A stretch of DNA of 42,462 nucleotides from Octopus bimaculoides (Eukaryota): NCBI RefSeq assembly GCF_001194135.2, contig NC_069008.1:15678962-15721423 (forward strand), given 5' to 3'. Positions 10,822-22,870 of the stretch are shown here, piece by piece (positions within the stretch are counted from its first letter, which is position 1; every line of letters begins with the position of its first letter). The position numbers and the translations under genes are program-made. The notes below the pieces were generated by a model. That model was not told the DNA's origin. It saw nothing but the letters and a program-made list of their open reading frames with translations, and did not search any database.

Positions 10822-11468
10822 TTAGGTTGTCAAGAAAGTTCTTGCGGTTTTTAACCTTTAAATTCAGATGCACATATCTCGTCTCAAACAAAACTTTATT
10901 AATTGAAATAAACACCATCAGAATCAACACACTTTTGTCATTTCTCAAGTATTCTTGTTTTTCCAATCTCTTTCAAATGGTTGGAAATTGTCGTATACGT
11001 TACGTCTAATTCAGAAGCAAGCTCTCGAACAGTTGTACGTGGATTAGCTTCGACTAAGGCTCTTAGTTTATCGTTGTCAATATCCGATGGCCGACCACTA
11101 CGCTTGTCATCTTCAAGACTCTCGTCACCGCTACGAAATTTCTTGAACCACCATTGCGCTGTACGTTCATTAGTGGTTCCTGGGCCAAACGCATCGTTGA
11201 TATCGCGAGCTGTTTCAGAAGCTTTTCGGCCTAGCTTGAACTGGAATAAGAAAATTGTGCGAATTTGCTTTTTGTCCATGTTGTATTCAACGTTCCGGAA
11301 AAAATGGCCTAATTATTCAAAAAGAAAAAGAGTAACACGATTAGATAGGGCGAAAGTTGGGCTTTAAAATGATATATAAAATCAAAGTAATTTAAGGAAA
11401 ATTAATTTGAAAATACATCATTTAAAACCAAAATTAAAAATTCCGCAAGAACTTTCTTGACAACCTAA
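10822..11468 (-). mobile_element. Internally deleted mariner transposon, Hsmar1/cecropia-like (647 bp)
   Basis: Perfect 26-bp TIRs TTAGGTTGTCAAGAAAGTTCTTGCGG (10822-10847 and 11443-11468), TA duplications on both sides, and a transposase N-terminal ORF. Confidence 0.95.
10938..11279 (-). CDS. Truncated mariner transposase: intact bipartite HTH TIR-binding domain, catalytic DD34D domain deleted
   Basis: MDKKQIRTIFLFQFKLGRKASETARDINDAFGPGTTNERTAQWWFKKF...SGRP closely resembles the Hsmar1/SETMAR transposase N-terminus. It is fused in frame to the C-terminal remnant ILEK*QKCVDSDGVYFN*. Confidence 0.85.
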   Translation of the reverse strand: MDKKQIRTIFLFQFKLGRKASETARDINDAFGPGTTNERTAQWWFKKFRSGDESLEDDKRSGRPSDIDNDKLRALVEANPRTTVRELASELDVTYTTISNHLKEIGKTRILEK

Positions 11469-12048
11469 TATGTTATATTTTATAAGCATAAGACATGTCT
11501 ATTTTTATTAGACATTTAAGGATTCCACGCGTGTAGTGTAAATAATATGGTCCAGATGGACTATATGTAATCTGAACCTTTCCCCCCTTATTTTTTTTTG
11601 TTTTTTTTACGGAGTCCCACGTTTTAGGCCATGGAGATTCTGATTCTGAAAAACAATTTTCAAAAATCTCAATTTCAAAATTTCGATCCCCCCCCCGGTT
11701 TTTNNNNNNNNNNNNNNNNNNNNNNNNNNNNNNNNNNNNNNNNNNNNNNNNNNNNNNNNNNNNNNNNNNNNNNNNNNNNNNNNNNNNNNNNNNNNNNNNN
11801 NNNNNNNNNNNNNNNNNNNNNNNNNNNNNNNNNNNNNNNNNNNNNNNNNNNNNNNNNNNNNNNNNNNNNNNNNNNNNNNNNNNNNNNNNNNNNNNNNNNN
11901 NNNNNNNNNNNNNNNNNNNNNNNNNNNNNNNNNNNNNNNNNNNNNNNNNNNNNNNNNNNNNNNNNNNNNNNNNNNNNNNNNNNNNNNNNNNNNNNNNNNN
12001 NNNNNNNNNNNNNNNNNNNNNNNNNNNNNNNNNNNNNNNNNNNNNNNN

Positions 12049-12278
12049 GTCCTTCACAATTTGTCTTCAATCGTCTTCCTCTTCACCGTAATTCCTTCGT
12101 CAATTATTATATAAATTGGACAATATTATTCAGTTTAGGGATCAGAAATGAAATGCAATTAAACAGCAACAAGATACTTACTAGCGCTCTTTAGTGATTA
12201 GAGGTCAATTCCTTGTATACAATTAAAAATATCACTTCCTTTTTGTCATTACATCTAAAAACATGGAGTTGTTTCCCT
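12049..12278 (-). promoter_or_regulatory. Conserved upstream cassette of ZNF B (3' part lost in gap)
   Basis: Reverse complements of GGAAGTGA (CACTTCC at 12233-12239), GATCCCTAA and AAGGAATTACGGT present; oriented with gene B. Confidence 0.6.
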
Positions 12279-12302
12279 TTTGACCATGTAAAAATATTCT
12301 TT

Positions 12303-12385
12303 TCTACTCAAATCCACTCACAGGGCTTTGATCGGCCGGAGGCTATAGTAGAAGACACTTGCCCAGGGTGCCACACAGCCACTCC
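12303..12385 (-). mobile_element. SINE S1 fragment
   Basis: CCACTCACAGGGCTTTGATCGGCCGGAGGCTATAGTAGAAGACACTTGCCC matches the S1 body. Confidence 0.7.
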
Positions 12386-13073
12386 ATGTTTTTTTTTTTT
12401 TTTTGTATGCCACCACCACAAGTGATGATAAATTCATAAGTTACAATGCTAAGGTCCCCAAGTGGACCTTATAACTGAAGGAGAAACAAAAGAGAACGAG
12501 TGATGAGCCTCTGCAGAAAGACAAGGAGGAGATTCGAGAGAATGACAGGGAGCAAGGGGAGGAGGGGGAGGGAATCAGTGACAGGATTTATAAAAGGAGA
12601 AATAGTGTTGAAAAAAAGGGAGAAGGTGGGTCGTGTATGAATGGAGTTCCTAGGGGATCCAATATTATAAGGGGGGCGAGGATGGACAGAAAGGGTGCAA
12701 CAATATAAGAGAGTTGCAGGAGAGTCATATGGGTCGTTGAGAAGGAGAAAGATGAGGAGAGATGTTGAGGAGGAAAAGAAACTGCTGGGGTGGGATTATG
12801 GAATTAATGGAGGCAGAGGAGGAGATGTTGGAGGGTACAACACTCAGATGGGGACGGAATGAGTGTGTACGTTACAAGACTATTTTAGATGGAGGTGGAC
12901 TAATGGAGGGGAAGTAAAGAGAGGCATGAGAGAAATGGGGTGGGAGCAGGAAGTGTAAGGAAGGTCAGAGTGCATCTTACAGGTGTAAGGGCAATAGTGT
13001 GACAAAGGTAAAAAGAAATACACAGATCCATATAAATTTATGTATACACATACAAAATGCATGTACACATATA

Positions 13074-13449
13074 GGCGCAGGAGTGGCTGTGTGGTAAGCA
13101 GCTTGCTTTCCAACCACATGGTTCCGGGTTCAGTCCCACTGCGTGGCACCTTGGGAAAGTGTCTTCTACTATAGCCACGGGCCGACCAAAGCCTTGTGAG
13201 TGGATTTGGTAGACGGAAACTGAAAAAAGCCCGTCGTATATATGTATATATATATATATGTATGTGTTTGTGTGTCTGTGTTTGTCCCCCCAACATCGCT
13301 TGACAACCGATGCTGCTGTGTTTAGGTCCCCGTAACTAAGCGGTTCGGCAAAAGAGACCGATAGAATTAGTACTAGGCTTACAAAGAATAAGTCCTGGGG
13401 TCAATTTGATTCGACTAAAGGCGGTGCTCCAGCATGGCCGCAGTCAAAT
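13074..13449 (+). mobile_element. tRNA-derived SINE (family S1)
   Basis: Head GGCGCAGGAGTGGCTGTGTGG (A box), GGTTCAGTCCC (B box), internal (TA/TG)n; homologous to 29028 and to the reverse complement of 1912-2257. Confidence 0.88.
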
Positions 13450-15060
13450 NNNNNNNNNNNNNNNNNNNNNNNNNNNNNNNNNNNNNNNNNNNNNNNNNNN
13501 NNNNNNNNNNNNNNNNNNNNNNNNNNNNNNNNNNNNNNNNNNNNNNNNNNNNNNNNNNNNNNNNNNNNNNNNNNNNNNNNNNNNNNNNNNNNNNNNNNNN
13601 NNNNNNNNNNNNNNNNNNNNNNNNNNNNNNNNNNNNNNNNNNNNNNNNNNNNNNNNNNNNNNNNNNNNNNNNNNNNNNNNNNNNNNNNNNNNNNNNNNNN
13701 NNNNNNNNNNNNNNNNNNNNNNNNNNNNNNNNNNNNNNNNNNNNNNNNNNNNNNNNNNNNNNNNNNNNNNNNNNNNNNNNNNNNNNNNNNNNNNNNNNNN
13801 NNNNNNNNNNNNNNNNNNNNNNNNNNNNNNNNNNNNNNNNNNNNNNNNNNNNNNNNNNNNNNNNNNNNNNNNNNNNNNNNNNNNNNNNNNNNNNNNNNNN
13901 NNNNNNNNNNNAATCAGATTCCTCTTGTGTCCATAACAAATTTTCTGAAGAAATTGAAGCCTAGACTGTTTCCCTGCTTACTAAAACTTTGGTCTTTGCT
14001 TCATAAACTCTAACATTATTGAGTTGAAGTTTTGCTTCCTTTTATATCCTTGTATGATGGATATATAATTTAACGAAACAATGAGGAAGAAACGACACAC
14101 TGCTATTACACGAGAGCCAACGCTTTCAATCACGCCTCACAGTGAACTGCTTACCAACCTGAACTGCTAATCGCTCACATTGTTTTGTTTTATAACAATG
14201 AGTCAGTCTACCTTTAGTCACTCGGTGGATGGTCGGAATCCTTCCACAACATCTTCCCTTTTTTAGAATCAGATTCCTCTTGTGTCCATAACAAATTTTC
14301 TGAAGAAATTGAAGCCTAGACTGTTTCCCTGCTTACTAAAACTTTGGTCTTTGCTTCATAAACTATAGCATCTTTGAGTTCAAGTTTTGCTTTCTTTTAT
14401 ATCCTTGTATGTTGGATATATAATTTGACAAAGCAGTGAGGAAGTCTACTTTCACCATTAGCCTTCCTGAGATGCCACAACAGCTTTTGTTGGGTGTCAA
14501 TGTATAATTCCTTTTTCCTAAGCAATTCATATAGTTTTTATGTCCCAATAATATATTTTCTTTGAAAACATTGATAGAGTTGTACATTTGCGTCACAACT
14601 ACTTTGAAATTAGAACAAAATTCAAATTAAATAATGACAAACTACAACTGGTGAAAGTGTTTATAGACTTTATTAATTACGATCCCACCCAAATATGATA
14701 TTGGTTTGAAAATCTCACCAATGAAGATAGAGTTGTGGTGATATAAAATATAGTGTTATGAAGTTGTTAGCACATAATGTTGTATTTTCATTCCTGTGTG
14801 AATACATTTACAGTTACAAATGCATACATTTGTTTTTCATACATTTTTTCAGAGGAATTTTCACAGCAAACATTATGCTTCAATCTTGTAAGGGGTAACT
14901 AAAGGAGTCAGTGTCAGGGAAGGTCCACCAACTGTAATAACAGCCAAAGGAAGTGAGCCACAATGAGTGGATTAGTTATTGCTGTTGCTAACACTTACAA
15001 GGTAACCCCTAGTTTAGATGAAGCTTAAAATGTTTGTTATAAATTTTAATGTCAATGCAG

Positions 15061-15990
<930 letters not shown>

Positions 15991-16240
15991 CTAATCAATG
16001 CTTTTGTAAATTCATCATCATTGACGTAACCCAAATGCATTTTGTAGACATTCCAGACAGTTATGTAAAGAAATATTGCAAAGAATCTCAGGTCAGATCA
16101 AATATTTCATAGGAATTCTACCACAGATTTCTGGAAACAGTTTTATACAACATCTGATCTGTACAACATTTTCTCTTAGTCTTCAAAAGATGATCAATAT
16201 TGGGAATAAATCTTCAGTTATTCTAATGTCATTTGATATT

Positions 16241-16342
16241 CTGAAATAATAAAGAAACAACAGTGTAAGATATAGAGGATACCATAAAAATACAGATTCA
16301 AAAGTGGAAAATTTACTACATTTCTATGGAGATAAACTTTAC
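16241..16342 (-). other. Putative short 5'-UTR intron of ZNF C
   Basis: CAG|GTAAA donor and TTTATTATTTCAG| acceptor; 102 nt. Confidence 0.6.
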
Positions 16343-17503
16343 CTGAACAAATGCATTTTTTAATTTATCAAAATTTACATCACAGAATCTTATGTGAAGC
16401 TTGCATATTTGTAAACTTCACTGAGACCCGCACATTGTGTAAAAGTATTCAGATTAATGCTTTTTATGCTTTTCAGATCACATCAGAAGGATTTAAGATA
16501 TTCATTGTTAATTTTGAGGCTAGTTGATTGACATTTCATTAAAACCTTATGACATTTGTCAAGAGGTACCCCTAACTAAATAATGAATAATTTCCAAAGG
16601 TTCTGAAATTAAGATTCATTGAAAATATAGTAAAATATCCAGGGAAAATAAACCACCCCGAGATGGTTCTAATTGTAGAGAAAACTCTGAGTCCCAGCCC
16701 CTATACATACATTGAACTAAAATATGAATAATAACTGTTTGTTTTCAAGATCAGATTCATTGATAATACATGAAAAAGTGAAATTATAAAGAAAATAGGA
16801 AAACTCCGAAGGTTCCCCACTCCCTCCACCATCAAAGGTCATTTCTAGCATGCCTGAATGTCAAATTCATTGAAAAAAACTCTGACAAAATTTATCCTCA
16901 ACCAAATGAACGAGGGGTGTAGATCTACAAAATTCCAAAGGCCTTTGTAACCTCATATTTTTTTTTTTTTCAAAGCTAGTTATTACCAACTGGTTTGCAG
17001 TTAATATTTGTTGATAGCATACAAAAAAAAATGAGGAAAATGGAAAAGAAAGCTTGGGGGCTGGGGGAATTCCCCTCTCTGCCTCTGTTTTCAGGACATG
17101 CTCAATGGTCAGATCTGTTGACTGCACAAAAAAAAACAAAAAAAAAAAAACATTTCCAGCTGAAATTGAGACAGGTGTTTGTCTTTAAATTTACCTTCAT
17201 CGTTTATTTCTCCTCCACTTTCTTCGAAGTTTTACACATACACATTCTCCTTACATCTCGTTGCTAACAAAGACTGATGTTTTTTCCTTTCCGATGTCAC
17301 CAATATTTTAGTCATAAAATGAAAATTGCTATTGGTATAATGATGAATATTTATTGCATTTTTGACTTTGAGAAGAAACAGATTTTTTACAGATATTCAC
17401 TACCTTACAAAAACTACATCAGCTAAGCAAATGGCCTTCTCTAAATGCATTTAAAACATATTCAGAACACTATTCCAGAAAATTAGTTCAGTTACCCTTA
17501 GAG

Positions 17504-17797
17504 CAGTGCTTCTCAAACTACCTGATGTGGCATACTGGCAGTTTTTTTCTTTTCCCAATGTGCCAGGGACCAGTAATATTTCTTAGTAATACTAATTTAT
17601 ACCAGAAACAATATATACAATGAATATAATAAAAGTTGACAACATTTTTCATCTTATATTTATTTTGTAAACAAATAATACAATATTACATAAGCATTTT
17701 ATAATGTTTCTTTCTTTTCTGGAAACTCGCCACGTACTGGCAGCTGATGGCTTGGGGACCGGCACCGGTCTGCAGACCACCACTTTGTGGAGCACTG
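17504..17797. mobile_element. hAT (Charlie-like) MITE, 294 bp
   Basis: Termini CAGTGCTTCTCAAA / TTTGTGGAGCACTG; exact 8-bp TSD CCTTAGAG at 17496-17503 and 17798-17805. Confidence 0.88.
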
Positions 17798-18809
17798 CCT
17801 TAGAGCATACAGAAGACAAAGTTAGGTGGAGTAAAATGAGTAAGGCAAGATAAAGTAAATTTTGCTTTTTCAATTCTCCAGAATTACGTTTGAAAACAGA
17901 CTCATACACCTCGATATCTATCCGAAAGATCGGAAATGCCACAAAAAAAATTAATATCCAGGAAAGTGGCATATGTTATGAAATTAACGAAACTCCACTA
18001 AATAAAAAAAAAAAATCAATACAAAATATCCTCGATATTTTCTTCACGATCCGATGGAGTGGCTCTGCTCTCGATATAACGTAGCTGAACAGAAGAAGAA
18101 ATTACTGAAACTGGTCGTTATTCATTTCACCGCATTTTAGACATCCCTCATTGAAAATTGAAAAATGATCAAATTAAGCATTAACGTGGGGGGAAAAAAT
18201 TGACTTGGAATCGAACAGAGAAAAGAGTATTTGATTGTTAAACACTAAAAATTATCACAATATTTTATTAACAACCTCAATTAAAATCGGGTTCAGATTC
18301 GATGAAAAACTGCTTGAAAACAAAAAAGTACCTCTCACCTGACTATGAACCAAAATCTCTCAACCTTTAGCAACGACTATGCTGACGAATTTTTACTCTT
18401 AAACATGATGCAATGATTCCGAACAAGTAGGAAGAAAGTAACACAAAATCATAAATTACTCATTTTGCCCCACCACATCCTATTTATATTTTTGCGATAG
18501 TCGCTCGTGTCAGAAAACGACTGCTCTGCAATCTCTTGCAGGACGGCCTGCACAAATATTTCGCTTATAATAGTCAAATGTTTGTGCTGCACACTAGCTC
18601 ACCCCCTCCGTCAAATTGACATCCACCTTTACAGGTGCACGGCGTGATCGCAGAGCAACGCGCTCGCGAATGTTTGTAGACGTTCAGGGATTCCGCGTAA
18701 GAGTAAACAACACTTTATGAGACAAAGTGGGAGCCTGTAAATTAATTAGCAAGACTAAGTAAACCGACATAGTTATCCTTTTATAATATATATGATAAAC
18801 AATAAAACA

Positions 18810-19220
18810 TCTTACTTTAGAATTTTCTTAGATATTTAGTGAGTCCAATCAACTGATCAATGAAATCAATCATCGATGTCGCAGGTCTTCTTGTGTTTCT
18901 CACTAAATTCTTCAATTCCGTTTCCAATCTTTGTCCAATCTCTCCACTCTCTTTCTTGTCTCGTCTTTTTTTACTCTCCCTCACAATCTGTCTCATCCTA
19001 TCGTCCACCTCCTTTTCACTGATCCCCTCCACCGTAATTCCTTTATCAATTATTATACAACTACGACAATATTATTTTAGTTTAGGGATCAGGAACGAGA
19101 GAAGAAAACAACTATGAAAGGAAACGAATAGCACTCTCTCGTGATTTGACTTCATATTCAATCAATGATGTCACTTCCTTTTCAGCATTATCACTTGTCA
19201 CTAAATGGAGTTATTTCCCT
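18810..19220 (-). promoter_or_regulatory. Conserved upstream cassette of ZNF C
   Basis: CACTTCC at 19172-19178, ATTGG boxes, donor-like AAA|GTAAGA at 18815 on the minus strand. Confidence 0.65.
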
Positions 19221-19249
19221 TTTTACAATTTCAAAATATTTATTTTAAA

Positions 19250-19620
19250 TTTTGGCACAACGCCAGCAATTTCGGCGAAGGCTTAGGTCGATTGAATCGA
19301 CACTCAACCGGTCCTTATTTTATCGACCCGAGAGGATGAACGGCAAAGTCGACGGAATTTGAACGGTAAGCATTTCGCCAGGCATGCTCAAGATTCTTAT
19401 TTCTTTATTGCCCACAAAGGGCTAAACATAGACGGGACAAACAAGGAAAGACAAAGGGATTAAGTCGATTACATACACCTCAGTGCGTAACTGGTACTTA
19501 ATTTATCGACCCCGGGAGGATGAAAGGCAAAGTCGACCTCGGTGGAATTTGAACTCAGAACGTAACGACAGACGAAATACCGCTAAGCATTTCGCCAGGC
19601 ATGCTCAAGATTCTTATTTC
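19250..19620 (-). mobile_element. Two tandem S3 SINE copies between the C and D cassettes
   Basis: Two occurrences of TTATCGACCC..GGATGAA.GGCAAAGTCGAC..GGAATTTGAAC and of GCATTTCGCCAGGCATGCTCAAGATTCTTATTTC. Confidence 0.8.
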
Positions 19621-19759
19621 NNNNNNNNNNNNNNNNNNNNNNNNNNNNNNNNNNNNNNNNNNNNNNNNNNNNNNNNNNNNNNNNNNNNNNNNNNNNNNNN
19701 NNNNNNNNNNNNNNNNNNNNNNNNNNNNNNGACACAAACCCCCATTTTCGGCAAAGGGG

Positions 19760-19932
19760 AATCCGAATCTGCAAAAGAGTACAGCAGAGTTCGCCACCAT
19801 CCCCTGCTGTAGCCTCGTGGAGCTTTTAGGTGTTTTCGCTCAATAAACACTCAGAACGCCCGGTCTGGGAATCGAAACCGCGATCCTATAACCGCGAGTC
19901 CGCTGCTCTAACCACTGGGCCATTGCGCTTCC
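19760..19932 (-). mobile_element. SINE family S2, 5' half
   Basis: tRNA-like head and body match 40902-41070. Confidence 0.85.
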
Positions 19933-19984
19933 TGAAGTTTACTAAGAAAAGGACAAACCACTATTAATATTTTGAAATAGTAAA

Positions 19985-20445
19985 AAAGGGAAACAACTCT
20001 ATATTTCTAGATTTAGTGATGATACCAAAGAGGAAGTGACATCATTGTATACGAAGAACTGAACTCTAAGCACGAGAGAGTGCTATTCATTCCCATTTAT
20101 AACTTGTCTTCTATTCCTTCTTGATCCCTAATCTGAATATTATTGTTTTAAAGGAATTACGGTGAAGAGGACCAGTGAGAAAGAGGTGGACGATAGAATG
20201 AGACAGATTGTGAAGGACAACAAAAAGAATAAATTTGGAGAGATTGGACATAGATTGGAAAGAGAATTTAGAATGAAATTCAAGAAAGTTTAGACAGCTG
20301 TGGAACATTAATGATTGATTTCATTGATCGGCTAAATTTATCGATGTGTATGTAAACAACGACCTCTAGTACAAAACAGACGGGATCACATAGAAACAAC
20401 ATGCTAGACTCCCTAAATTAGTCTACATAAATTTTAAAGTAAGGT
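19985..20445 (+). promoter_or_regulatory. Conserved upstream cassette of ZNF D
   Basis: GGAAGTG at 20032-20038, GATTGG repeats, donor-like AAA|GTAAGG at 20439. Confidence 0.65.
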
Positions 20446-21300
20446 ATTTTATTGTCTATTATATATTATAAAAAGGTAATTATGTAAGGTTAATTAGGCT
20501 TACTAACCACAGGCTCCTCATTATCTCATAAAGTATTATTTACACTACTCATGTGGAATCCTTGAATAACTACGAAAATTCTAAGGTGTGCTGTTTTATG
20601 TCTATAAAATGTACTGTAAAACCGTATTTAGCTCAATTTAATTAATCTTCGTAAAATGATGGTTTATTTGTAAATTAGAGGAACGTGACTTGTCGCGTCT
20701 ATGAATCGCTTCTGTTTTGGACATAACTACAATTTGGTGTCATGCCCTCGACTTTGTTTCCTCATAACTTTCTTCACAAAGCACCATATTTTAAAATAAC
20801 ATTTTGTAAAAATACATTCTTGTGTCTGTGTATTATGTAAAGAGTTTCGGAATGGCACGCCCACTTAAGTTGAATTTTCTCCGTTTTCACGGGGATTTTT
20901 CAAATTTTGTTTTCTCCACGCCCTTGGAAATGATGGATTGGAGGGAAGCTTGTTAAAAAAATTAATTTTTGAAAAATTCTTCTGCTCCCCACAAAGAATA
21001 ATGGCACATTTTCTTTAAATTTCACCTTTCAATCTTAAAACTGACAGACTATGTACTAAATTCACAATGCAAGAGGCATAGACGGGATGTTCATCAATGG
21101 AATGTCAAGCTCAGCTGGAGCTAAACAACAATGTCAAATTATTTTTCATTAGAGAGAAGAATGTTATTGTCTTCTATTCTGCAGTTTAATCTAAATAATA
21201 TTACACAATGTGAAGATGTAGCTGTAGTTTACAAATATGTAAGTTACACACAAGATTCTGTGATGTGAATTTTAATACATTGAAAAGTTCAGTTGTTCAG

Positions 21301-21411
21301 GTAAATGTTTATTTCTAAAGTTTATCTCCTTAGAATTATTCTAAATTTTCCACTCTGTATTTTCTAAGTGGCCCCTCTATAACTTACACTGTTGTTTCTT
21401 TATTATTTCAG
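21301..21411 (+). other. Putative short 5'-UTR intron of ZNF D
   Basis: GTTCAG|GTAAAT ... TTTCTTTATTATTTCAG|; 111 nt. Confidence 0.65.
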
Positions 21412-21748
21412 GATATCAGATGACATTGGCATAACAGACGATACATTCTCAGTATTTATCGTTATTTAAAGACCAAACGAATATCCTATACACAGCACAC
21501 ACATAAAACTGATTCAGTAAATCTGTGGTAGAATATTTGTTCTGAGGTTATTAGCAATATTTCAGTACATCACTGGTTGCTATGTTCACAAGATGAATCT
21601 GGATTAATCCTACGGAGATATAAATGTACAAAAGCATTGTTAGACAAGAGTAACACAGAACATGAATGTAGCAGTTAGAAATATCCATAAGAAGTAAGCT
21701 GCAAGATCAAAAACAAGAAATGTATATGGTGATTTGAGAAGAAATACT

Positions 21749-22645
21749 ATGGAAATAAATGAGAAACTCGAGGAATTGATTTTTCCTGAAGAGAGAAGGA
21801 AATTATCATATGATTGTGAGATCTGTCAAAAGTCATTCTCTCAAAAATGTAACCTAACTATGCACCAACGTATACATACAGGAGAGAGGCCATATTGCTG
21901 TGATGTCTGTGGAAAATCATTTTCACAAAGTAATAGCTTAACAATACATGTACGTATTCATACAGGAGAGAAGCCATATGTCTGTGATGTCTGTGGTAAA
22001 TCATTCTCTGCAAGTAATGACTTAAGTATACACAAGCGTATTCATACAGGAGAGAGGCCATATCACTGTGATATCTGTGGTAAATCATTCTCTAAAAATG
22101 TTAGCTTAACTATACACAAACGTACTCACACAGGAGAGAAGCCATATCACTGTGATATCTGTGGTAAATCATTCTCTAAAAGTGATACCTTAACTATACA
22201 CAAACGTATTCATACAGGGGAGGATCTATTTCACTGTGATATCTGTGGTAAATCATTCCCTATAAATAGTCTCTTTGCTCAACACAAACGTATTCATACA
22301 GGAGAGAAACCTTTTCAATGTGATATCTGTGGTAAATCGTTCACTGTAAGTAGTGACATAATTAGGCACAAACGTATTCATACAGGAGAGAAGCCATATC
22401 ACTGTGACATTTGTGGTAAATCTTTCTCTGTAAGTTGTCACTTAGTTGAACATAAACGTATTCATACAGGAGAGAAGCCATATCACTGTGATATCTGCAG
22501 TAAATCATTCTCTGTAAATAGTGCCTTAACTAAACACAAACGTATTCATACAGGAGAGAAGCCATACTTGTGTGATATCTGTGGTAAATCATTCTCCCGG
22601 AGCAGCAACTTAAATACGCATGTACGTATTCATAAAGAAATGTAG
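21749..22645 (+). CDS. C2H2 zinc-finger protein, paralog D (10 fingers)
   Basis: 10 intact C2H2 repeats; ATG at 21749 with an in-frame TAA at 21695-21697 upstream; ends IHKEM*. Confidence 0.95.
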   Translation: MEINEKLEELIFPEERRKLSYDCEICQKSFSQKCNLTMHQRIHTGERPYCCDVCGKSFSQSNSLTIHVRIHTGEKPYVCDVCGKSFSASNDLSIHKRIHTGERPYHCDICGKSFSKNVSLTIHKRTHTGEKPYHCDICGKSFSKSDTLTIHKRIHTGEDLFHCDICGKSFPINSLFAQHKRIHTGEKPFQCDICGKSFTVSSDIIRHKRIHTGEKPYHCDICGKSFSVSCHLVEHKRIHTGEKPYHCDICSKSFSVNSALTKHKRIHTGEKPYLCDICGKSFSRSSNLNTHVRIHKEM

Positions 22646-22864
22646 CTGCATCCATGTTAAAATTCATCACAAATATTTTAAGCTTCACCTAAACTGGGGG
22701 TTGCCCTGTGTGTTTTAGCCATCACAATAACCATTCCACTTGTGGATCACTTCTTTTGGCTGTCATTTACAGCCTCCCAATATTATATTTTATCTCTCCT
22801 CAACTATATCTACATTTGTGAGATATTGAAACAAATATTGTTATGTTTTGGTGGAGTCATAATT

Positions 22865-22870
22865 AATAAA
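22865..22870 (+). terminator. Putative polyadenylation signal AATAAA of ZNF D; homologous sites at 27717 (E), 33946 (F), 39134 (G), 14669-14674 (C, minus) and 7838-7843 (B, minus)
   Basis: AATAAA sits within a conserved ATTAATAAA(A/G)TC(C)TATAAACAC block downstream of six stop codons. Confidence 0.55.

Noticed and set aside
16560-17150. Possible MITE/Helitron-like remnants (also 1-330, 11570-11703, 20850-21030, 40400-40720)
   Set aside because: Composition suggests decayed DNA elements, but I could not establish termini, TSDs or alignable copies by eye.
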